A stretch of 32,000 nt of DNA from Idiomarina loihiensis L2TR (GTDB lineage: Bacteria > Pseudomonadota > Gammaproteobacteria > Enterobacterales > Alteromonadaceae), in NCBI RefSeq assembly GCF_000008465.1, contig NC_006512.1, forward strand, positions 1,680,001-1,712,000. Reading direction: 5' to 3'. A program made the translations under genes and the position numbers. The notes beneath the pieces were generated by a model. That model saw only the letters and a list, made by a program, of their open reading frames with translations. It was not told the DNA's origin and searched no databases. Below, in pieces: positions 25,018 through 32,000 of this stretch (the stretch's first letter is position 1; every line of letters starts with the position of its first letter).

Positions 25018-27942
25018 TCAAAACTGCCCGCTTACCCCAAGCAAGAACGTTCGTCCGTTAGAAGTTGTGTTGTAAGCGCGGTCACTGGAATCACTGTAAA
25101 GCTCTTCGCGGACGTTGGTCAGGTTCAGGGCTTCTAGGGTTAACTTAAAGTTATCAGACAGTTGGTAATGAGCGGCTGCGTCAACGTAGGTGGTGTCGTG
25201 GTAACCGGATTCATCCTGGTCGGTATTCCCCGCCTGAACCGACAAAATGTAGTCACTGCGGTAGGCCGATGAGATACGCGCTGACCAGTCTTCAGCTTCA
25301 TAATAAAAGGTCAGGTTATAGCTTTGGTTTGAGAGTCCGGCAAAGGTCTTTACCTGATTCTCACCGGTGCCCTGCACGTCGCGGTACAGCGTATCGCCGT
25401 CTGCCCAGGTGTAGTTGGCAATCATGCCGAGTCGGTTGAAGGGCTCAGGCAGAAAATCAAAATCCCGCGAGAACGCAAATTCAGCGCCCTGAATAACAAA
25501 AGAATCGGAGTTTTCCGGTGTGGTGACAATAAATAAGTCGTCTACAGACTCCCCTTCCTGCAGCAAGGCTTCGGGAAGCCCTAAACTGCCGTAACGTAAC
25601 AGCTCAGTTTTTTCGACAATGAAGTTATCAATATTTTTATGAAACAGCGCTAAGGATATAAACCCTTGCTTATTAAAATACCATTCAATAGCAGTGTCTA
25701 TGTTTATCGATTCGAACGGCTGCAGAAAGGGGTTCCCTAATCCTATTGAACCAATGTCGCCGTCATCGCGCGAGGCCTGCGACACATTCGCAGAAAAGGA
25801 CAATTTATCTATAGAAGGCCGGGTAATATTTTTGCTCGCTCCAAAGCGCCATAAAACATTATCGGTAATATCCAGAACCATATTCAGGCTGGGTAACCAA
25901 TCGGAATAGTCTCTCTCTATTTCCGTGTAAATGCCTTTTGAGATACCAGCAGAAGACAGAGTTGTCTCGAAAAAACGCGCACCGGTACTCAAAAGCAGTG
26001 TTTTACCAAACATTTGCGTATCAAAATCGAAAAGAAAATAGGCAGCGTCCGTTTCCTCCTCCACCGAATAATTAGACGTATCAATAATAGACTCTTCACC
26101 CAATCTATAGCCCGCTAAACCGTAGTGTTGCTGAAGCTGAGCTAAGTCACCCTGCAACCAGTTGAAGTCGGGGTGTTGAGTATAAACATCCGTATACTCA
26201 GGTGGTAAAAACAAATTGCCTTCGTTTTTGGGCGTCAGGCCGTTGGTCGGAAAGTCTCCCTGTACTCGTTCATGCCCGTCATTTGACAGTTTCTTATGAC
26301 TGACACCCAGCTTCAGAGAGTTTTGAGGCGTTAATCGGTAGTCGAAATCAGCTTTAAACGTGAGCATATCCGAAGAAATCTCGTTTTCCTGAAAGTAGAG
26401 GTCTTTCACCCGAAACGCTGTTGGGTTAGTAGTATCAAATTCAGGTGAACGACTAAGGCCATAAAAGCGATCCTTCCTAAAGTCGGTAATAATATCCACG
26501 CCGTCGGTAATAATGTTGACCTTGTTCAGCTTAGGCTGCCGGTAGTCAGACGAATTAACTCCAAGGAGAAAATTAAACGAAGCATCGGGGCTTGTTTGCC
26601 AAAAGGACTTAAAGGTTATTTGTTTAAATTCCGATTCATTATAGTCCAGCCGGGTTTCAGCTCGCCATGTCGCGTCCTTATATTCGGCATAAACCACTTC
26701 TTTTTCACTGTCATTATTCACCCATTCCAGAGCTTTAACCTGACGGTTATTTTTTACCGCAATATGGTGTTCATCTAAATCGTTGGTCAGTCGGTTCAAT
26801 AAAATATCAACTGTGCTGATAAAATTCTCACTCGGCTGATATTGCAGCGAAGCGGTAATTCCCAGCCGAGTCTGGTTATTATTCCAGAGCGAATAACGGT
26901 GCCCCCGGGGAAACCAGAACTCCCCGTTAGCTAATTTCTCTGACAGAGCAGGATTATCCGGCCCAACATAAGTTTTATTTTCTTTTCGCCAGCGCGTGGT
27001 GTTGGTTCCATATTCAGTTGTGTGCCGTTCACTGTAGGCCATTGATACCAGCGCACCAAAGCTGCCCCAGGTATTCGCTATCATTCCGGCCACACGGGGG
27101 TCGTAATGTTGGCTGTTGGAATTGTAGGCCTGTCGGTAGGAAAAAGCTGACGTAAAATCCTTATAGTCCGCGGGCTTTGGTGTAAATAACTCTACCGTGC
27201 CGCCAATGCCGCCCTCTTCCATACGCGCAGAGTAAGACTTTTTCACATCAATTCGATTAAACAGTTCAGAAGCAAAAATATTAAAGTCGAACGCCCGACT
27301 ACGGCTAACTGAACCGCGGGCATCCATTGGTGATGATGTTATTCCCAACGCTTCCATGCCATTGATATGCACACGGGTGAAGTCCGGTCCCAGCCCGCGC
27401 AGCGATATTTGACGCCCTTCACCGGCTTCCCGGGTAATCGAAATACCGGGTACGCGCTGCAATGAGTCAGCTAAGTTCAAGTCCGGAAAATCGGCAATAT
27501 CTTCGGCCAGTATCGAATCCTGTGACACCATTGCCAGACGCTTATATTCCCGCGCTTTAAATAAAGAGTCACGAAATCCGGTAACAGTAATTTCTTCAAT
27601 AACTTGGTTAACTGGTTTGCTTTCTGCTGCAGGCTGCGGAGACTTAATTATATTGTCCTGACAGGTTTCAACCAACCAGCCGGAGGCGACATTACTCGCG
27701 CATAAGTTGCTATTTTTCAGCAGCTCGTCCAGCAACTCCTGAGCCGTAAACGAGCCTTTTAGTGCCTCGGTGTGTTCATTAGTGACTAAAGCAGGGTCGA
27801 ACAATATGGTCTGGTCGGTTGTGCGGGAAAACTGAGTTAATGCGTCTTTTAAAGGTTGCGCCGCAAAAGTCACATCGAACTTTGTGCCTTCTGCGGCCAG
27901 GGTTAAACTGGAAATAAATAGTAGCCAGCTAAATCTACGCAT
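25018..27942 (-). CDS. TonB-dependent receptor with N-terminal STN signalling domain (FecA-type transducer)
   Basis: 974-aa ORF with a signal peptide. An ~80-aa STN-like extension (FDVTFAAQPLKDALTQFSRTTDQTILFDPALV) is followed by a plug (LADSLQRVPGISITREAGEGRQISLRGLGPDFTRVHINGME), a long barrel, and a terminal ...LLGVSGQF. Confidence 0.85.
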   Translation of the reverse strand: MRRFSWLLFISSLTLAAEGTKFDVTFAAQPLKDALTQFSRTTDQTILFDPALVTNEHTEALKGSFTAQELLDELLKNSNLCASNVASGWLVETCQDNIIKSPQPAAESKPVNQVIEEITVTGFRDSLFKAREYKRLAMVSQDSILAEDIADFPDLNLADSLQRVPGISITREAGEGRQISLRGLGPDFTRVHINGMEALGITSSPMDARGSVSRSRAFDFNIFASELFNRIDVKKSYSARMEEGGIGGTVELFTPKPADYKDFTSAFSYRQAYNSNSQHYDPRVAGMIANTWGSFGALVSMAYSERHTTEYGTNTTRWRKENKTYVGPDNPALSEKLANGEFWFPRGHRYSLWNNNQTRLGITASLQYQPSENFISTVDILLNRLTNDLDEHHIAVKNNRQVKALEWVNNDSEKEVVYAEYKDATWRAETRLDYNESEFKQITFKSFWQTSPDASFNFLLGVNSSDYRQPKLNKVNIITDGVDIITDFRKDRFYGLSRSPEFDTTNPTAFRVKDLYFQENEISSDMLTFKADFDYRLTPQNSLKLGVSHKKLSNDGHERVQGDFPTNGLTPKNEGNLFLPPEYTDVYTQHPDFNWLQGDLAQLQQHYGLAGYRLGEESIIDTSNYSVEEETDAAYFLFDFDTQMFGKTLLLSTGARFFETTLSSAGISKGIYTEIERDYSDWLPSLNMVLDITDNVLWRFGASKNITRPSIDKLSFSANVSQASRDDGDIGSIGLGNPFLQPFESINIDTAIEWYFNKQGFISLALFHKNIDNFIVEKTELLRYGSLGLPEALLQEGESVDDLFIVTTPENSDSFVIQGAEFAFSRDFDFLPEPFNRLGMIANYTWADGDTLYRDVQGTGENQVKTFAGLSNQSYNLTFYYEAEDWSARISSAYRSDYILSVQAGNTDQDESGYHDTTYVDAAAHYQLSDNFKLTLEALNLTNVREELYSDSSDRAYNTTSNGRTFLLGVSGQF

Positions 27943-27958
27943 TTTCAGATGACATAAT

Positions 27959-28918
27959 TCATGGTGTTAAACGAATCTGTTGAGGCAAATACTCAACGTT
28001 TAACGCATACATCTGACTCAACAGCTTTAAAGTTTGTTCCGTGTCATTCAGGCGAAAGCGCCCTGCCACCTCCCGTGAGCCTAAGTTCGGATCAGCCAGT
28101 ACAATAGGCGTTGAACTGTGGCGGTTAAGTCTCTCAATCAGATAAGTGAGGTTCTCATTGCTAATTTCTATCCAGCCCGAACGCCAGTCTATCAGGTTGT
28201 TCACATCAACCTTCTTCACCACGCCAAAACGCCCACGGGACAAGCGCATCTTCTCTCCGGCTTTTAATAACACCGGGAAGCTTTCCTGCTCGGCCTGAAC
28301 CTCAACAATACCTTCGTAAACGGTGACATCAATCTGGTCCGTGCCGCGGTCGATATTAAATTCCGTGCCGACCGCCGTAACACTGGCATCACCAACGCTA
28401 ACCACAAAGGGACGTTTCTTGTCCTTAGCAACGGAAAAATACGCCTGACCTGACTCTATGCGCAGGTCTCTCTGCTGCTCGGAGTAATTCACCATAACTT
28501 CACTTGAAAGCTGCAGTTGCAACGCACTGCCGTCGGATAACTGATGCGTATTTTCCGTTGGCGACTGCGCAGTGAACACTGTCGGCTGCGGGGTTTCACT
28601 AAAGCGACCGGGCAACATGACGGTAATAGCAACAACCAACGCACAGGCTGTAGCTAAGCCCATTCCCCATTGAAATGCTTTTTTCACCGGGCGTTTTTGT
28701 CGCTTTTTCAGTTGTTCGAAAGACTGCTCCAGCGCCGGGTCCTGCCAGGTAGCCAACATGGACTCAAATACCTGCTGATGTTGAACATCGGCCTCTAACC
28801 ACTTAATAAAGCGCTTTCGGCAAAGGGTATTGAGTTCACCGTCAGAAAGCCGATCCATCCATTCCGCGGCTTCAGTGTAAATACTGTCTTGTGAGGTATT
28901 ATTGACTGTCTCTTGCAT
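27959..28918 (-). CDS. fecR: FecR-family anti-sigma factor / transmembrane sensor
   Basis: 319-aa ORF. It has an N-terminal anti-sigma segment (AAEWMDRL...), a single TM (GMGLATACALVVAITVML), and a periplasmic FecR-like domain (GQAYFSVAKDKKRPFVV..G...V.A.GTEFNI). The ATG (28918) directly abuts the sigma gene stop (TAG, 28921-28919). Confidence 0.85.
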   Translation of the reverse strand: MQETVNNTSQDSIYTEAAEWMDRLSDGELNTLCRKRFIKWLEADVQHQQVFESMLATWQDPALEQSFEQLKKRQKRPVKKAFQWGMGLATACALVVAITVMLPGRFSETPQPTVFTAQSPTENTHQLSDGSALQLQLSSEVMVNYSEQQRDLRIESGQAYFSVAKDKKRPFVVSVGDASVTAVGTEFNIDRGTDQIDVTVYEGIVEVQAEQESFPVLLKAGEKMRLSRGRFGVVKKVDVNNLIDWRSGWIEISNENLTYLIERLNRHSSTPIVLADPNLGSREVAGRFRLNDTEQTLKLLSQMYALNVEYLPQQIRLTP

Positions 28919-29407
28919 CTATTTTGTCTTACTGTCTATGTAACGCTGAATGTCGGCCAGTGCCCGGGTTATGTGCCGGGTAACGGTTTCCATACTAATT
29001 CCCAGTTGTTCCGCAATGGCTTTGCGGCTCTCACCATGCAGCCGCCTCAGCTCAAACGCCCGCCGCCGTTGCTCCGGCATGTTTTCGAGCGCCTGAGAAA
29101 TCAGCTCAATACGTTGCGCTTCTTCCAGCAAATATTCCGGGTTTGCTTTTGGTGAATCAAGGTTATCGATATCGTCATCGCAGTCTACAGGACGTGCCGT
29201 CAGCAGATTACGAGCCACCCGAATTGCATACCCTATTGGATTGTTGATGGTGCTTTTCCGGGATTGCTCCAGTACCCGCGCCACAGACTCCTGATAAATG
29301 TCGGCAGCCTCTTCACTACACCGCGTCCGGCCAGAGAGGTAACGCCGCAACTGGGCGTTATTGGATAAACAATCGTAGAGTTTACTGTTGTTTGTTTTAT
29401 TAGACAT
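28919..29407 (-). CDS. fecI: ECF (sigma-70 family, FecI-like) RNA polymerase sigma factor
   Basis: I place the start at ATG 29407 (MSNKTNNSKLYD..., 162 aa) rather than the track start at 29560, which would overlap the upstream PHP gene. Region 2 is ..AADIYQESVARVLE.. Region 4 is an HTH reading RRAFELRRLHGESRKAIAEQLGISMETVTRHITRAL. Confidence 0.8.
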   Translation of the reverse strand: MSNKTNNSKLYDCLSNNAQLRRYLSGRTRCSEEAADIYQESVARVLEQSRKSTINNPIGYAIRVARNLLTARPVDCDDDIDNLDSPKANPEYLLEEAQRIELISQALENMPEQRRRAFELRRLHGESRKAIAEQLGISMETVTRHITRALADIQRYIDSKTK

Positions 29408-29505
29408 ATCAGCTGCTGGTGCACCCTGGCGTTTTGCTGAGATAGCCAAGGATACACCGTCATTATGACAGTTCTGTGGATCTCGTTCGCGTCGGGGCAC
29501 CGAAA

Positions 29506-30963
29506 TCATTTTGCTTTGTCGATATAAACAGGGTTGCTGTAAAACCATAAGTCGGTCCACGGGTTCTCGCCTTTAACATCGGGTTGTGGCTCCAGCTCCT
29601 TGGCACGGTTAGTTCCCCGAACTCGTATATAACCCGCTGATTCTGATGCCGGTAATTCAAACGTCATCACCTGATAATTGCCCTGACGACTCCAGTCACT
29701 TGGATAAAAACGCTTAATAACTTCAGTCGTCGGGTTGACATTGTTTGCGGCAAACTCCTTGTTGCCGTGCACTTCACCATAAATAAGATCAACGCGTCCC
29801 ACCGACGGGTTATCATCGTGATAATTCAGCGTGTCCGGGTCTAAAAAAGCAATAGTGACCGTGGCGGGTTTATCGGCGGCAACAAGGGTTTCACCAATGC
29901 TAGCTGTTTTTTCCGACTGCGACAGGGAAACATAAAGCTCGGTAATAAGATCTCCCGTAGTAACAAACACCTTGCCACCGCGCAAACCGTCTAAAACACT
30001 GTCATAGTCCTGCTGAGCGTAAACATAAGTCTTAGCGTATTCACCCGGCCAAAAGTCCGTACGACCTTCGGTGTAATGTGCGTGGCTATCAGAAACCGCC
30101 GTAATGCTCCAGCGACGTCCTTCACCTAAAAAGCTGTCCCACACGCCACCGACTATTGCCGTCATCTGGTCAGTACCTCCGTGTGTCGGGTACCCATAGT
30201 ATTCCGCCCGCGTTCCCTCAGGGTCATTCGAGCCATCTGGATTAATTGTCGCTGCCTGATGCCCGGGAATACCGGTCATGCCTGTAATAACATCCGGAGC
30301 GGTGTCCTGCCAGAGACGCATTTTTTCAGGCGTCACTTTTTTGAACTGACCCAATTCATCAGCCTGACGAGCCGGATGATTCACCGAAAGCACCGGACGC
30401 GGACTCATCGCCTGCATAGCATTCAGCGCTTTTAACATGAAAGATTCGGTATCCCGCTCAAATTCATTAGGAAATGCTTCACGTCGGTTAAACTGGCTTT
30501 CTATGGTGTAGAGCTGCTGCGCTTCTTCATCGGTATGTGGAATAATTAAGGTGCTGTGGCGTGCATTGGGGGTATCAAATTCCATTCCGTAAAACTGCAA
30601 AATACCCGGAACTGCTTTGCGGGACGCAACCAATTCAGGATAAGCCTGCTCCAAATTAACCCGGCTATGCTTCGGACCACCGTGGTCAGTGGTTACCATC
30701 CATTGCAGACCATGCTGTTTCGCCATTTGTGCATTCAGCGCGGTAAAATAATGGGCGTCACCAAATAAAATGGCCGTAGGCGGTTGCGTACTGGTGTCCC
30801 ACTTTGCACTAAACTTGCCATGAATATGGTGGTCACCCGCCAACCATTGCTTATTACCCGGCGGCTTAAAATCGTGATTATCGGATGTTAAAACCGTCTT
30901 TGCACAGGCTGATAACAGCGTCAGCGCTATGGCGGTACTTATAACGTTTTTTACTCGTGACAT
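29506..30963 (-). CDS. Lipoprotein PHP-family (CehA/McbA-like) metal-dependent phosphoesterase
   Basis: I place the start at ATG 30963 (MSRVKNVISTAIALTLLSAC.., with a lipobox; 485 aa). The track start at 31116 would overlap the upstream receptor gene and its terminator. PHP metal-ligand motifs occur in order: GDHHIHG, VTTDHGG, LIIPH, VNHPAR, PGHQ, VSDSHAH. Confidence 0.75.
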   Translation of the reverse strand: MSRVKNVISTAIALTLLSACAKTVLTSDNHDFKPPGNKQWLAGDHHIHGKFSAKWDTSTQPPTAILFGDAHYFTALNAQMAKQHGLQWMVTTDHGGPKHSRVNLEQAYPELVASRKAVPGILQFYGMEFDTPNARHSTLIIPHTDEEAQQLYTIESQFNRREAFPNEFERDTESFMLKALNAMQAMSPRPVLSVNHPARQADELGQFKKVTPEKMRLWQDTAPDVITGMTGIPGHQAATINPDGSNDPEGTRAEYYGYPTHGGTDQMTAIVGGVWDSFLGEGRRWSITAVSDSHAHYTEGRTDFWPGEYAKTYVYAQQDYDSVLDGLRGGKVFVTTGDLITELYVSLSQSEKTASIGETLVAADKPATVTIAFLDPDTLNYHDDNPSVGRVDLIYGEVHGNKEFAANNVNPTTEVIKRFYPSDWSRQGNYQVMTFELPASESAGYIRVRGTNRAKELEPQPDVKGENPWTDLWFYSNPVYIDKAK

Positions 30964-30981
30964 CTTATTTCTCTTTAAAGC

Positions 30982-31006
30982 AAAAACCGGGCTCAGCTGA
31001 GCCCGG
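30982..31006 (-). terminator. Rho-independent terminator after the upstream TonB-dependent receptor
   Basis: Perfect 20-bp palindrome CCGGGCTCAG/CTGAGCCCGG (30987-31006). On the minus strand it is followed by TTTTT (30986-30982). It lies 19 nt after the receptor stop (31025). Confidence 0.8.
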
Positions 31007-31024
31007 TAACATGTGTAAGGAAAA

Positions 31025-32000
31025 TCAGAACTGTGCGGTAATGCCCAGCATGACCGTTCTGCCACTGGTAATTGTGTTGTACGCGCGGTCATGAGAATCG
31101 CTGTAAGACTCTTCACGTACGTTAGTCAGGTTAATACCTTCCAAGCTCAATTTGACGTTATCCGTCAGCTGATAAAACGATGAAAAGTCGACATAGGTTG
31201 TGCCGTGATAACCGCTTTCATCCTGGTCTGCACTGGATGTCGCGCCACTGCCATAACGACTGCGATAAGCGGCTGAAACACGGGCTCCCCAGTTTTCTAC
31301 TTCGTAATACAAAGTGAAGTTGTAACTATTTTTCGACAATCCCGAGAACGGCTTAACCTGATCATTTCCTTCAATACCATAGATGTTCCGGTAAAGAGAT
31401 TCGCCATCCGCGTAGGTGTAGTTAGCGATAACACCTAAGTTGTTAAATGGCGCAGGAAGAAAATCTAAATCTCTTGAAAATGCCAATTCAGCACCTTTAA
31501 TGGTCGACGAATCGACATTTTCCGGACGTTCAAGATAGAAAATACTGTCCATGTTTTTATCTGCCGGCAGCAGCTCTTCTGGTAAGCCCAGCGTTGAATA
31601 AACCACTTCGGTGGTGGTGCCTACAATAAAGTTGTCGATGTCTTTATGAAATATTGCCGCCGATGCATAACCAACGTCTTCAAAGTACCACTCAATAGCA
31701 GTGTCTAAGTTCGTGGATTCAAACGGGTCCAAATTAGGGTTGCCCATGGATACACTGGTAATCGCCTCCCCCGACGTTTGTGAAACCGAGGCGTTATAAC
31801 TCAGCGAGCCCAGTGAAGGACGGGTAACATTCTTAGTGGCAGCAAAACGCCATAAAAGATCCGGATTCAGTTCATACACCATATTCAGGGTTGGAAGAAC
31901 ATCGGAGTAAGTGCGGGCTGTCTCAATATCTACCCCTCCAGACACACCAGCTGATGTAATTTCCGTTTCAAAATAACGTAAGCCAGTACTTATGCGTAAC
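31025..32000 (-). CDS. TonB-dependent receptor, C-terminal ~325 aa (5' end beyond the window); paralog of 25018..27942
   Basis: The reading frame stays open to nt 32000. Upstream of the track start it reads ..LRISTGLRYFETEITSAGVSGGVDIE.., parallel to ..LLLSTGARFFETTLSSAGISKGIYTE.. in the 974-aa receptor. The whole C-terminal third is co-linear with that protein and ends ...MLGITAQF. Confidence 0.85.
   Translation of the reverse strand, partial: LRISTGLRYFETEITSAGVSGGVDIETARTYSDVLPTLNMVYELNPDLLWRFAATKNVTRPSLGSLSYNASVSQTSGEAITSVSMGNPNLDPFESTNLDTAIEWYFEDVGYASAAIFHKDIDNFIVGTTTEVVYSTLGLPEELLPADKNMDSIFYLERPENVDSSTIKGAELAFSRDLDFLPAPFNNLGVIANYTYADGESLYRNIYGIEGNDQVKPFSGLSKNSYNFTLYYEVENWGARVSAAYRSRYGSGATSSADQDESGYHGTTYVDFSSFYQLTDNVKLSLEGINLTNVREESYSDSHDRAYNTITSGRTVMLGITAQF

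Noticed and set aside
29408-29560. Long N-terminal extension of the sigma-factor ORF (track start 29560, 213 aa)
   Set aside because: It would overlap the 3' end of the PHP gene by 55 nt and add a non-sigma-like leader (MDRLMVLQQPCLYRQSK...). The internal ATG at 29407 gives a 162-aa protein of normal ECF size.
30964-31116. N-terminal extension of the PHP ORF (track start 31116, 536 aa)
   Set aside because: The extension runs through the 20-bp palindromic terminator and into the upstream receptor gene. The ATG at 30963 yields a clean lipoprotein signal peptide (..LTLLSAC).
1-32000. Search for CRISPR arrays, tRNA/rRNA genes, IS elements or transposases, and prophage genes
   Set aside because: I found no regularly spaced direct repeats, no cloverleaf-like or rRNA-like segments in the intergenic regions, and no transposase-like ORF. 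The only mobile-element signal is the cassette array.

Overview
This 32-kb segment looks like the chromosome of a marine gamma-proteobacterium (Alteromonadales-like gene content; this is inference). I support about 30 genes.

**Positions 1-21 kb: ordinary envelope, transport and housekeeping genes**
- a lemA fragment plus a co-transcribed membrane partner
- a D-2-hydroxyacid dehydrogenase
- a translationally coupled pair of a 771-aa lipoprotein and a 574-aa MORN-repeat protein
- a benE transporter that reads as frameshifted
- DUF817 and a type II haloacid dehalogenase
- an iron-uptake neighbourhood: TonB-dependent receptor, DUF924, Fur box, PepSY/DUF3649/DUF3325, siderophore receptor
- small DUF genes and three hydrolases

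**Positions 21.3-24.9 kb: the stand-out region**
Five co-oriented single-gene units are each followed by a GC-rich imperfect palindrome bounded by RYYYAAC ... GTTRRRY cores. The first 7-9 nt of each unit are the reverse complement of the inverse core at that unit's own 3' end. This is the signature of integron gene cassettes and attC sites. No integron integrase is present in the window, so it is a CALIN-type array, and the attC sites are heterogeneous.

Three of the five cassettes encode proteins with no recognisable family:
- a 2-TM coiled-coil protein
- a helical 192-aa protein with a W-W-K-K-H-N-G-V-K-H-N-R patch
- a 341-aa protein whose N- and C-termini together look like a split PIN nuclease

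These three are the best candidates for novel single-gene toxin or anti-phage modules. The other two cassettes encode a Cys-rich zinc-ribbon protein and a VOC/glyoxalase-fold protein.

**Positions 25-32 kb**
An ECF-sigma/FecR/STN-TonB-receptor cell-surface signalling unit is linked to a secreted PHP-family phosphoesterase and a second, paralogous receptor.

No rRNA, tRNA, CRISPR array or transposase was seen.
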